Notes under the pieces: generated by a model
The model's input: the letters and a program-made list of their open reading frames with translations, nothing else
The model's database searches: none
What the model was told of the DNA's origin: nothing
Source of the DNA: a virus
Taxonomy: Duplodnaviria; Heunggongvirae; Uroviricota; Caudoviricetes
Length of the DNA stretch: 64,000 nt
IMG/VR virus record: IMGVR_UViG_3300042914_003231
Span: 1-64,000 of that record
Reading direction: 5' to 3' (one strand)
Program-made: the position numbers and the translations under genes
Shown here: positions 40,231-50,200 of the stretch, piece by piece
Layout: every line of letters begins with the position of its first letter
How positions within the stretch are numbered: the first letter of the stretch is position 1

Positions 40231-40261
40231 CAAAACTTTACAACTTTTAAAAACTAAAACA

Positions 40262-41053
40262 ATGAAACTATTCACTAATCAGATTGCCAATACATTTTCT
40301 ACTGTAAAACAATTTGTAACATTTGTCGGTGGAAACCGTGCATATGCAACTGTAGCACAGCTTAATGAAATTATCACTAAGCTTTCTCCTATGTATAAAG
40401 TCACAACTTATCCTAATAACATTGTTGCTAAAGATTTTTCTTTAAACAATCCAGTTCTTTCAAGTAGAGAAAAATTTGTTTATAATACAGTTTTTAAACC
40501 TTCTGTTTTTACAGCTTTAAATCCTGGTTTTAAATTGAATATTATTGACATAGAAAATCAATCAGAGTTAACATCTGTTGAAAGACTTGAAGTTGTAATA
40601 GGATATGAAGGCTTAAATAATTGGGATGGTGGAGATTTTCAACTTTGGTTAGGAAATTCTCTTGTTGCAACTATTCCTTCAGCTACTATGACTAATACTA
40701 GTGGAACACCTAATTATTCAAAATCATTACTTGTACCTATTACAAATGTTATAGAACTAGCTACTGGTACTTATACAGCAGGAGTTTCTGGAAGAGGTAT
40801 TCAATTTAACAATCCTAAAACAATGTTTAACATCAGATTAACTTCTAAAACTACTAGTTTTATAGGAGCTGTAGGATTAAATATGATTGTTGCAAAACAA
40901 AATAATGCGGGATGTGGTACATGGTGTGAAACAACTTGTAATTTTAATGATCCTGCTAGTACTGTTTATTGTAGTATTATAGCAGGTAATAAATGTAGCT
41001 ATTGCAAAATTCCAAATGGAGCTTGGGATTCAGGTGATGTAAATCCTGTATAA
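40262..41053 (+). CDS. virion protein with a Cys-rich C-terminus, 263 aa
   Basis: Start moved to ATG 40262, after the structured spacer. C-terminus GCGTWCETTCNF...YCSIIAGNKCSYCKIP. Confidence 0.6.
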   Translation: MKLFTNQIANTFSTVKQFVTFVGGNRAYATVAQLNEIITKLSPMYKVTTYPNNIVAKDFSLNNPVLSSREKFVYNTVFKPSVFTALNPGFKLNIIDIENQSELTSVERLEVVIGYEGLNNWDGGDFQLWLGNSLVATIPSATMTNTSGTPNYSKSLLVPITNVIELATGTYTAGVSGRGIQFNNPKTMFNIRLTSKTTSFIGAVGLNMIVAKQNNAGCGTWCETTCNFNDPASTVYCSIIAGNKCSYCKIPNGAWDSGDVNPV

Positions 41054-41081
41054 CCTTATAAACCAACAATAAACCAACAAT

Positions 41082-42101
41082 ATGAGTACAGTAACAATCG
41101 TCTCTACTGCAGAGACAGCAAAATCAGGTGGTATATCCATCAAACCGTTCTTTGATCCAAACAAACAAAATATGGGCCTTGAAAAATACGGCCTTGCTTT
41201 GTTTGATGGCATTTTTCATGAAGAGCAATTAGCTTGCCTTGAAAGAAATGGTCAAAAAAGATACTTAACCGGACTTAATGAGTTTTCTCCAGATGTAAAA
41301 AACATCCCTAATCCTGAAGACAGGGAAGCAAAGATCAAAGAGATTCGTACTGTAGTAGCTCAACTTGAGAGAGAATTGGCTTCTAATGTTATTGATCCTA
41401 AAGATCCCGAGTTCTGGAACAAGGTTCAGTTACTTAGACCAGATAATGATGATTTGTGGTCTAAGATCACAATTCGTTGTGGTAATGAACCAGTAATTCT
41501 TGATCCTTCTAGAGAACCGTATGATCTTATCAAAATCTATGCTATTGAAGCCGGTGGATTTTCTCTTGTAGCTAAAAGCTATGAGGATGCGCGTAGCAGA
41601 GCTGTATCACCAAAATTCTTTTTGGATAAATACACAGAAACTGTATCTACCAAAACAGAAGTTACCAAGATCCGTAACAAAGCCTTGGCTGAGCTTATCA
41701 AGTTATTTGATAAGAACCAGAACAAGTTATTCTTAGTTGCAAAAGTTGTGGATGGTAATAGTGTTCAGTACAAGAAGTCTACTCCTAATGATATTGTTTA
41801 TGATAACATGGACCGCTTCATTACAGGACAAGGTGTTGAGAAAAACATGAAGCGTGCTGCTCAGAGCTTTATCGATGCTTGTGCTATGAGCATGGAAGAA
41901 TTAAAGATCAAAGCCTTGATCAAAGATTCTACCTACTACAAGTTTATTCAGTTAAAAGCTGATGGCTTTATCTACCACACAGACACTTCTACTCTAATGG
42001 GTAAGAATGTATCAGACTGTTTTGAGTTCTTGAAGAATCCTTTACACGATGCAGTGTTACTGGATCTTACTCAAAAGGTAGAAAAGTACTGGAATGTGTA
42101 A
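41082..42101 (+). CDS. hypothetical structural-module protein, 339 aa
   Basis: ORF track. Confidence 0.65.
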   Translation: MSTVTIVSTAETAKSGGISIKPFFDPNKQNMGLEKYGLALFDGIFHEEQLACLERNGQKRYLTGLNEFSPDVKNIPNPEDREAKIKEIRTVVAQLERELASNVIDPKDPEFWNKVQLLRPDNDDLWSKITIRCGNEPVILDPSREPYDLIKIYAIEAGGFSLVAKSYEDARSRAVSPKFFLDKYTETVSTKTEVTKIRNKALAELIKLFDKNQNKLFLVAKVVDGNSVQYKKSTPNDIVYDNMDRFITGQGVEKNMKRAAQSFIDACAMSMEELKIKALIKDSTYYKFIQLKADGFIYHTDTSTLMGKNVSDCFEFLKNPLHDAVLLDLTQKVEKYWNV

Positions 42102-42119
42102 TAAGAAAAACAACATACA

Positions 42120-42338
42120 ATGGCAACAAAAAAAATGAAAACTGGTGGGATGACAAATCCTAATAAAGCAGTAACAGTGAGCAAGACTCCTACTAAGTAT
42201 ACTGGCGGAAAGAATGCTTCGGCTTCGGTACAAAAAGTTACTCCTAAAGCAAGTGTAACTAAAGGCTCTAATGCTTCGGCAAAAGTGTCTCCATCTAAGA
42301 AGATGGGTGGTTCTACAAAAAGTAAGAAAAGTTGTTAA
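42120..42338 (+). CDS. tiny Lys-rich protein, 72 aa, ends KKMGGSTKSKKSC
   Basis: ORF track; C-terminus paralogous to that of 42753..42980. Confidence 0.6.
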   Translation: MATKKMKTGGMTNPNKAVTVSKTPTKYTGGKNASASVQKVTPKASVTKGSNASAKVSPSKKMGGSTKSKKSC

Positions 42339-42387
42339 ACCAGAAATGGCCCCAGAGAAATCTGGGGTCTTTCTATAAACCAAACAC

Positions 42388-42591
42388 ATGGCAAAAATAA
42401 CAAATAAAGTAGATAAAGAGTACCAAGCTAAATGGGATCTTGATACGCTAAGACAAGCTAAAGAAATTCAAAGCAATACTGCTAGAATGAAAGCTGCTCA
42501 AAACTATGCTAAAGAACAAGTAAAAATGTTAGGTGGTATTGTATCTGACAAAGGTAAAGCACCCGCAAGAAAATCTTCTAGGAAGAAATAA
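42388..42591 (+). CDS. tiny basic protein, 67 aa
   Basis: ORF track. Confidence 0.6.
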   Translation: MAKITNKVDKEYQAKWDLDTLRQAKEIQSNTARMKAAQNYAKEQVKMLGGIVSDKGKAPARKSSRKK

Positions 42592-42592
42592 T

Positions 42593-42751
42593 ATGTCTGA
42601 TAAAAAATGGATCCAAAAAGCCACAGCTTCCATCAAACGTAGAGGAACTGAAGGCAAATGTACTCCTATTACAAAACCAGGATGTACAGGTAAAGCAAAA
42701 GCTTTAGCAAAAACTTTTAAAAAAATGGCAGCAGCCAGAAAAGGAAAATAA
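42593..42751 (+). CDS. tiny basic protein, 52 aa
   Basis: MSDKKWIQKATASIKRRGTEGKCTPITKPGCTGKAKALAKTFKKMAAARKGK. Start set at ATG 42593, in frame with the track ORF. Confidence 0.55.
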   Translation: MSDKKWIQKATASIKRRGTEGKCTPITKPGCTGKAKALAKTFKKMAAARKGK

Positions 42752-42752
42752 C

Positions 42753-42980
42753 ATGGCAAAGAAATTAATAAAAAAACAAACTGGTGGAGTAAGTTCCGGA
42801 CAAAGAGCTCAACAAAAAATGGATTCCTTGTACAATGCTAATAAAGCAAGAACAAAGGCTATGTATGATTCTATGATGAAAAGCGTACCTAAAGCACAAG
42901 CTCCGAAAGCTAAAGATAGTACAAAAGTCACAATAACCAAGAAAAAAATGGGTGGTTCAAGTAAATCTAAAAAATGTTAG
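42753..42980 (+). CDS. tiny Lys-rich protein, 75 aa, ends KKMGGSSKSKKC
   Basis: ORF track. Confidence 0.6.
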   Translation: MAKKLIKKQTGGVSSGQRAQQKMDSLYNANKARTKAMYDSMMKSVPKAQAPKAKDSTKVTITKKKMGGSSKSKKC

Positions 42981-42981
42981 C

Positions 42982-43266
42982 ATGGCAAAAAAAACACCAG
43001 CATGGACAAGAAAAGAAGGTAAGAATCCTTCTGGAGGCTTGAATAAAAAAGGAGTAGCTTCATACAGAAAAGAAAATCCAGGTAGTAAATTGCAAACTGC
43101 AGTAACTACTAAACCTTCAAAATTAGATCCTGATAGTAAGGATGCTAAAAGAAGAAGCTCTTTTTGTTCTAGAATGGAAGGTATGAAGAAAAAACTTACT
43201 TCATCTAAAACAGCAAAAGATCCTAACTCAAGAATTAACAAGTCATTAAGAAAATGGAATTGTTAA
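42982..43266 (+). CDS. small basic protein, 94 aa
   Basis: MAKKTPAWTRKEGKNPSGGLNKKG...SFCSRMEGMKKK...RINKSLRKWNC. Start set at ATG 42982. Confidence 0.6.
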   Translation: MAKKTPAWTRKEGKNPSGGLNKKGVASYRKENPGSKLQTAVTTKPSKLDPDSKDAKRRSSFCSRMEGMKKKLTSSKTAKDPNSRINKSLRKWNC

Positions 43267-43340
43267 ATTTAAGATTTATGAATACACTTTATTAAAGGTG
43301 GTAAAAACAAGTAGTAAAATAAAATTTAAAAAGAAATAAC

Positions 43341-43520
43341 ATGTCCGGATTAAAAAAAGGCTCTAAGAGCACAGGTGGTATAGATGCTACAAACCTTAAA
43401 GTGATCAAGCACTATAATGATACATTTGAGGACAATAACAAAAAAAGAAATCAACCTCGAGTAGAGGTGATGCAAGAATTCTTTCCTAATGGGAAAGCTC
43501 CTAAAGCTAAAAGAAAATAA
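43341..43520 (+). CDS. tiny basic protein, 59 aa (below the track cut-off)
   Basis: Manual translation: MSGLKKGSKSTGGIDATNLKVIKHYNDTFEDNNKKRNQPRVEVMQEFFPNGKAPKAKRK. Its stop overlaps the next ATG. Confidence 0.5.
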   Translation: MSGLKKGSKSTGGIDATNLKVIKHYNDTFEDNNKKRNQPRVEVMQEFFPNGKAPKAKRK

Positions 43521-44224
43521 TGCAAAATTCCGCTATACTCATAAAGGTTCAGGAAAGGTTGAACAAGATCTCTAGCAGTGACTATGATAACATAGAACCG
43601 TGGCAGATTATTGAAGCCTTCTGTAAGGCCCAAGTCGATTGGTGCCGTAGAAATCTTCATGGTTTGAACATTAAAAAAGAAGGTGATGAACAGTCAACTA
43701 GAAGAATAGATGACCTTCAGAAATTGTTGATTGCATCTCCTATAATAATGAATAACAAGCAAACCTATTATGAGAGTGTAACCTTTCCTGCTGATTACTT
43801 ACAATGGAAAAGAGTATCTTGTCAAGCAACAAGTGAATGCTGCTCTAGTCCTAAACCTATGGTTGTTTATTTAGCTGAAGTAGCTAATGAAGATGAACTT
43901 TTAAGAGATCTTAATAAACAACCTAGTTTTGAGTGGGGAGAAACATTTGCTACTCTATTAAATAATACTTTAAGAATCTACACTAATGGTTTATTTACTC
44001 CGGTTCAGGTAGAGTTTTACTATTACCGTCAACCAAGAAGAATTCAAATAGCCGGTGTTGTAGATCCTTACACAGGAAATACATCTGCTACAGATGTTAT
44101 ATCAGAATTCAAAGATGACCTAGTAGAGGTTATGATCGATGAAGCTGTTAAGATCTTAGCTGGTGATATAGAGTCAATGACTCAATACCAAAGAGCAAGT
44201 CAATCTGTAGAAAACAATAATTAA
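43520..44224 (+). CDS. head-completion or head-tail adaptor candidate, 234 aa
   Basis: Call is by position; C-terminus DEAVKILAGDIES is adaptor-like. Weak assignment. Confidence 0.4.
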   Translation: MQNSAILIKVQERLNKISSSDYDNIEPWQIIEAFCKAQVDWCRRNLHGLNIKKEGDEQSTRRIDDLQKLLIASPIIMNNKQTYYESVTFPADYLQWKRVSCQATSECCSSPKPMVVYLAEVANEDELLRDLNKQPSFEWGETFATLLNNTLRIYTNGLFTPVQVEFYYYRQPRRIQIAGVVDPYTGNTSATDVISEFKDDLVEVMIDEAVKILAGDIESMTQYQRASQSVENNN

Positions 44225-44226
44225 CA

Positions 44227-44649
44227 ATGACAATAACTAGACCATTAAAAGGAACAAACAATAAGGAATCTCTTGAAGGTTCTGTTGCAAATTGTGTAAC
44301 TGAGCTAATGAATGCAGCTACAACATTTCATAAATTGCATCTTAAAGTAAGAGGTACTGGAGCATATGCTGCTCACAAAGCTCTTAATGAACTTTATACC
44401 GCATTACCCGAGCATGCAGATGCATTAGCTGAAGGATTCCAAGGAGCTTGTGAAAAGCTATTAGAGTGTTCAGATATGATCCCAAGAAAGGTTGAATCAG
44501 TAGATGAGGCAATAACTTACATAAGAGATCTTACTACTATGGTGAATAATCTTCAGAGTAAAATGCCATATTCAGAAATAGTGAATGAACTTGACACAGT
44601 TAAGGATACTTTTAACTCTGCCAAGTACAAATTATTATTTTTAAAATAA
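44227..44649 (+). CDS. Dps/ferritin-like four-helix-bundle protein, 140 aa
   Basis: FHKLHLKVRGTGAYAAHKALNELYTALPEHADALAEGF resembles the Dps H..vkG..F..lH..l.e.y......D.iAE pattern. Confidence 0.5.
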   Translation: MTITRPLKGTNNKESLEGSVANCVTELMNAATTFHKLHLKVRGTGAYAAHKALNELYTALPEHADALAEGFQGACEKLLECSDMIPRKVESVDEAITYIRDLTTMVNNLQSKMPYSEIVNELDTVKDTFNSAKYKLLFLK

Positions 44650-44670
44650 ATTTGCACAAAAGATAAAGAT

Positions 44671-44682
44671 TTTGTATATTAG
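44671..44682 (+). promoter_or_regulatory. candidate late-promoter box TTTGTATATTAG
   Basis: Same 13-mer as at 18680-18692. Confidence 0.4.
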
Positions 44683-44719
44683 TATTATTATTTATTTATA
44701 AACCTAAAAAAGAAAAAAA

Positions 44720-46114
44720 ATGAGTTATTTTAACCATGCCTTCTCCAAGCAATTTCTTGGAACCGGCCCAACCCGCAACCTGGTTAGTACTGGCGCAGCT
44801 GCTTCAGTAACCAACCCTTTTTCAAACGGTGGTTTCATCTTGACCCCTGGTACAAGCACAACCACTTTATCAAATCTTCCAGCAGGTACTACTAACTTGC
44901 CTAAATCAGGTTACTTTGGATTTTTTGATCCAAACACTTACCTGTCTATTGATCCAACATTGACGACTTACAACTGTTGTCCTTTAGTGTTAGCTTCGGC
45001 TTCATTATTGACTAATGACAAGATTGGTCCTTTTCACGGTGGTTACCGCGAGACTAACAAATCTAAGGTAATTAATCCTAAGTATGTACAAAAAGCATAC
45101 AAGGTTACTACTTGCGTTCCTCAACAAACTGTAGTTTCTGTAGGTAGCACTCCTCAAACTCTTTTACCAACTGTTCCTGAAAAATTCCAAGGTGGTACAA
45201 CTTCTGCAACATGTTGTTTTACTTTCCTTTGTGGTGAAACATACTACTTACGCGTAGATATTAAAGGTTCTCCTGCACTTCGTGCTTTGAATCACAATGC
45301 TTACCAAACAGTAGATGCTTATACAGGTTGCTGTGCAGGACCTACTCCAACACCGGTTGACTCTACTTTAGTGTTCATTCAGTGGGCTGAGCAAATCATT
45401 CAAAATAACTACTTAAAGCCTTTTGTGCTTCCAGTAGTATTTGATCAAACTGGTGCTGCATGGTATGCTCCTGGTACTACAGTAGATCCTATTACTTTAG
45501 CTCCAGTATTACCAGCTCAGTGGTGGACTGCTTATGTGTCTCCAGGATATACTACAGGTGCTTGTGGTGGTATGCGTTTATTCGGTGCCTTTGTTGAGAC
45601 AAAGTTTGGTAACTGTACTTTCCAAGTAACTGATTTCTTCGAGAAAGAGCCAATTAAGATTTATGCCTCTATGGTTGACTACACTGGTGATCCTTGTGTA
45701 TTCGAAGGAATTTGTGTGTATAACGACTGCCTTGGCTTACAAGGTATGGGCTTTGGTGAACAAGTTGTTCGTGACTTGATCCTTTCTGAATCATACTTAC
45801 AAAACTTCTTTGCAAGTAATGACTTCCGTGTGAGAGAGATCACTCAAGGTTATGACATCTTGAACTCTGTAAACCGTAATGCATTGTACACTCGTTACTT
45901 CTTGTTACATAGTGTGCCTCGTTTCAACAACCCTACTGGTGTGTTTGATAATGATCGTTACATGCTTGAGATTATTGTTCCTGAGGTTAACCCTCTTGTG
46001 CCGGTAGGAAATCCAGCATTGGATACCTTCTTGACCAACTGGTTAGCAAGTTGTGCAAACTGTGTACCTTTTGAAACACAATCTTGTACATACTGTACTC
46101 CAGAAAACAACTAA
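44720..46114 (+). CDS. abundant structural protein (major tail protein or second shell protein?), 464 aa
   Basis: Own promoter-like box and a strong terminator; capsid-like codon usage; several Cys pairs (NCC, CCF, GCCAG). Confidence 0.7.
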   Translation: MSYFNHAFSKQFLGTGPTRNLVSTGAAASVTNPFSNGGFILTPGTSTTTLSNLPAGTTNLPKSGYFGFFDPNTYLSIDPTLTTYNCCPLVLASASLLTNDKIGPFHGGYRETNKSKVINPKYVQKAYKVTTCVPQQTVVSVGSTPQTLLPTVPEKFQGGTTSATCCFTFLCGETYYLRVDIKGSPALRALNHNAYQTVDAYTGCCAGPTPTPVDSTLVFIQWAEQIIQNNYLKPFVLPVVFDQTGAAWYAPGTTVDPITLAPVLPAQWWTAYVSPGYTTGACGGMRLFGAFVETKFGNCTFQVTDFFEKEPIKIYASMVDYTGDPCVFEGICVYNDCLGLQGMGFGEQVVRDLILSESYLQNFFASNDFRVREITQGYDILNSVNRNALYTRYFLLHSVPRFNNPTGVFDNDRYMLEIIVPEVNPLVPVGNPALDTFLTNWLASCANCVPFETQSCTYCTPENN

Positions 46115-46134
46115 AATTATAAGCCTAGAAAGAA

Positions 46135-46161
46135 GGGGAGGGGGGAACTCCTCCCTTTTTT
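46135..46161 (+). terminator. strong intrinsic terminator
   Basis: 8-bp stem GGGAGGGG/CTCCTCCC with a GGAA loop and T6. Confidence 0.8.
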
Positions 46162-46167
46162 GTTAAT

Positions 46168-46488
46168 ATGCAGTCTATTCTTAGATGTAAAAAGCCGAGT
46201 TGCTCAAATAGTTTCGAGCAAACTAGAAAAGACAGAGTCTATTGTTCTAGACACTGTAAGACTACGCATAAGACTAACAAAAGCAAGAAGAAAAAGCAAA
46301 AGCCCTATACAATTTTTAAAAAAGATATTTGTGAAAATTGTAAATTTGTACCTATCCATTCTTGCCAGTTAGATGTAGATCATATTGATGGTGATAATAA
46401 TAACAATCAGCCATACAATCTGAGAACCTTATGTGCAAACTGTCATAGGCTAAAAACATTTATGAGTGAGGATTGGAAAAAAGTTTAA
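46168..46488 (+). CDS. HNH homing endonuclease, 106 aa
   Basis: CQLDVDHIDGDNNNNQPYNLRTLCANCHRLKT. Begins 7 nt after the terminator. Confidence 0.8.
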   Translation: MQSILRCKKPSCSNSFEQTRKDRVYCSRHCKTTHKTNKSKKKKQKPYTIFKKDICENCKFVPIHSCQLDVDHIDGDNNNNQPYNLRTLCANCHRLKTFMSEDWKKV

Positions 46489-46499
46489 TAAATTTCATC

Positions 46500-47063
46500 A
46501 TGTCAAGACACGTTTTAAGTCTGGAAATACCAGACACACTCAATAAGTGTATTCTAAGGGTAGTTGACACTAGTGTCTATGACCCAAACATAGCTGTTAC
46601 TTGTCCTCTGTTACAAGTAACTACACCTGGTTTTATACATCCTGTTAATTTTTCTGAGCCTCAAATTTTTCCCGGATTCATGGCGAACTTAACAGCTTGT
46701 GATCTAGGCCTTCAAACAGCAGATTGTAATACTGTGTTCTTTGATATTCCTGATGGGATTTATATCATAAAGTATAGTGTTGAACCAAAAAAGTTTGTGT
46801 ATGTTGAATACAATCACTTAAGAACAACTTGTGCTTTAAATCGAATCAATAAGATTCGATGCTCTCTAAACCTTGGAGCTTGTGAACCTCCTACAGATGT
46901 TTTACAAAAGCTTCAACAAATTGGTCTAATTGAACAATACATTAAAGCTGCTAAAGCCTATGTAGAAGATTGTCATGATCCTAAAAAAGGTATGGAAATC
47001 TTTAAGTATGCTGTAAAGCTAATTGATAAGTTATCTTGTTCAACTGGATGTGAAACTTGCTAA
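46500..47063 (+). CDS. Cys-containing virion protein, 187 aa
   Basis: Start set at ATG 46500. Ends CSTGCETC. Confidence 0.6.
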   Translation: MSRHVLSLEIPDTLNKCILRVVDTSVYDPNIAVTCPLLQVTTPGFIHPVNFSEPQIFPGFMANLTACDLGLQTADCNTVFFDIPDGIYIIKYSVEPKKFVYVEYNHLRTTCALNRINKIRCSLNLGACEPPTDVLQKLQQIGLIEQYIKAAKAYVEDCHDPKKGMEIFKYAVKLIDKLSCSTGCETC

Positions 47064-47085
47064 ATAATTTTTAAAACCAACAAAT

Positions 47086-47277
47086 ATGAATTGTACAAAC
47101 TGTGGAGCTAAATTAGGATGTGGTTGTCAAAAAAGAATTGCTAGTGATGGCAGATCTTGTTGTGCTAACTGCATTTCAGCATACGAAGCCGGTCTTAAAA
47201 AAACCAATTTAAGTATGCCAGGAACTAAACCTTCTAATGTAAGTGTGTTTTACACAGCTCCAAAAAAGACAAACTAA
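47086..47277 (+). CDS. small Cys-rich protein, 63 aa
   Basis: MNCTNCGAKLGCGCQKRIASDGRSCCANC. Confidence 0.6.
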   Translation: MNCTNCGAKLGCGCQKRIASDGRSCCANCISAYEAGLKKTNLSMPGTKPSNVSVFYTAPKKTN

Positions 47278-47280
47278 CAA

Positions 47281-50200
47281 ATGGCATGTTACGAAATACA
47301 AAATTGTCAGACTAATACTACTAGTATAATTAGTTATGCAGGACCTAGTTTAACACTTGGGGATATTATTAAACCTACACCTTCTATCGATCCGCCAAAT
47401 GTTAGTGCTGATTGCTGGACGGTTATTGGGGGTCCTATCCCTTGTGACAGTTTGCCTTTTGTAACAGTTACCAGTGTTGTTATTTATAATAGTTGCTCAC
47501 CTTGTATTGCAACACAACTTCCTACTTGTTATGAACTTACTGATTGTTCAGGAACTGTTGTATACTATACTAATGATAATCTATCATCTTTTGTAGGTAA
47601 CTATGTTTCTAGCCCTCTTTATCCGGGATATTGCTTTTATGTAGCAGTATCTCAAACTTGTACTAATCCTGTAGCTTTTAGTAATCCTGTTGCTTGTACT
47701 TGTACTTGTTATACTTTAACTGATTGTGAAGGAATTATTCCCCCATTTAATACATTCTCTAACTTAGCAGCTTATTTTGGTCAGGTAATTCAAATTAATG
47801 AAAATGGTGGATGTGCTGGACCATGTTTCTTTGTTAGTGTTAACACTGGAACATGTGGTGAACCTCGTGCTGCTACTGTTACACTTAATTGTCAACCGTG
47901 TCCTCCTTGTAATGATTGTTATGTACTACTTGACTGTACTACAAGACAACCGTTTCTCACTCTTTCAAACCCTACAGCAAATGGTATTGACTTATCTACT
48001 CTTATTGGTCAAGTTATTGGTCAAGTTTGTCTTGGCCCTAATAATACGCAATGTACAAATGGTTGTTGGGAAATTCAACAAGCTTCATCATGTGCTGGAT
48101 CAGTAAATGCTTATGTATATAACATATTCCAAGATTGTGTATCATGTAATGCAGTATGTTATAAGTTTACAAATTGTCAAACCTTACAAGAGATACTTGT
48201 TACTTACACTGTTCCGAATATTACTCTACCGAATCCATCAACTCTTTTAGGTAATACATTAGGTTCTTTATGTTTTAAACCTCCTACAAATTGTTTATCT
48301 GGGTGCTGGAATGTATCACTTAATGATACTGCAGATTGTTCAGGAGCTATTGATTGGACCGCTGCTCTTAGTTACACAGAGTTTGCAAATTGTACTCAGT
48401 GTCAGCCTGCGTGTTACCTTCTTACTGAATGTGCTCCGGCAATTACTCCTCCTTTTATTGTGAGTAATGACTTGAGTCTTTATGTAGGAAATGTTGTTAA
48501 AATATGTGACTCTCAAGGTAATTGTAATTGCTATAATGTAGAACTTGCACAAACTTGTGATGGATCTATTGTTATAGATAATGCTAATGCAAGCTTTACT
48601 ACTTGTGAAGAATGTAATTCTTGTGATTGTCCTCCAGGTTATACTAAGATTGATGACTATTGTCAAAAAATTACTAGTGTTCCTGCTATCTTAAATCCTT
48701 CTATTTATAACTCAGCTCCAGGAAGTATTAATGATAACTACGGTAGTCTTGGTACAAGATTCTATCCGAATGTTACAAGTCTTCCTTATCCTTTAACAGC
48801 TGTTACTGGACCAGATAGATTTGTTGATTTTGCTAATGTTAATGTTTCTTATACATCAAGTGTAGTAGGTATATGGGGTGGTCCTGTCGGATCAAGATTA
48901 AGTACGGTTGGTATATGGACATCTGTTGCTCCTAATCCTATAAACGAATGGATCGGTTTTGCACAGTGTATTAATATTCCTACAACCGGAACTTATTGTG
49001 TAGGTATTGGTGGTGATGATTGTGTAAGAGTAAAACTTGACGGAGTTATTATTGCAGAGGCTTGTATAGGATTTTTTGATTTTAGATACTGGCATGTATT
49101 TGAGTTAAATCTTACAGCAGGAACTCATGTGATTGTTGTTGAAGGAAATAGTGGAGGTGGACCTGCAGCCTTTGGTGCTGAAATTTATCAAACTAACATT
49201 GTTGCTTTACAAGCAATAACTACTGTCCCAGCTTTACAAGCTATTACTGTGTTTAGTACTTTCCCAATGAGAAGTACTCCAACACCATTCCAAACCGGTC
49301 AAACATCTGGTTACTCTTGTCCTCCAGGTTCAACACTTAATTTGTGTGGAACACCTAGTTGTACAATTATTGAAACTATTCCTTTTGTTTCTTGTGCTCC
49401 AACATTCAGAGTAACTGATTGTGCAGGTATTATGGAACCTTTTATTACTAATACAGATCTTTCTTCTTACCTAACAGGTATTCATAAAACTTGTATTACA
49501 ACTGCTAATTATAGTACTACTTGTTACTTATTAAGAGACTGTAACCGATTAGTAGATGAAGTTATTACAACAAGTAATATGGAGTCTTATCTATGGACTT
49601 CTGTTTCTCTTAATGAATATCCGGGATCATGCTTTTTAGTATTACCTTTACCTTCAAATACCACATGTGTAACTAATCCTGTAACATTAAGTTCTAATCC
49701 TTGTGTTTGCCCTAATGCTCAACAGCCTTGGCCAAATGGTTGCTATTGTGTTACAGTAGAAGAAATACTTATACCAGAAGTAGCTCCAGATTTTCTTGGA
49801 GTATTCCAAAATCAACTTTATAACTGCTGTGAGGACTGTCTTCGCGTGTGCTATTTACTTACAGATTGTCAAGGAGCCCTTGACCCAGTAGTAGTATGTA
49901 ATGATCTAGAACTATATATAGGAAAAATAATTCAGATTGAAGGTTGTGGTGATACTTGTTGGCAAGTTGCAACATCAAACAATTGTAATAGCAATACAAT
50001 CTTTGCTGGAGCTATTACCAGTTTCGAAACATGTGAAGATTGTCTTCCGCCAATTCCTCCAGCTCCACTTTTAGAGTTGCACCCAAGAAGAATTAAACCA
50101 GGGTACTTCAGCCCTAACTGTAAGATTCCTTTAGAATATATTGAAAAAGTAAACTGTACTTTTGCTAGACAAGTTTATGACAGTATGCTTATATTAAGAT

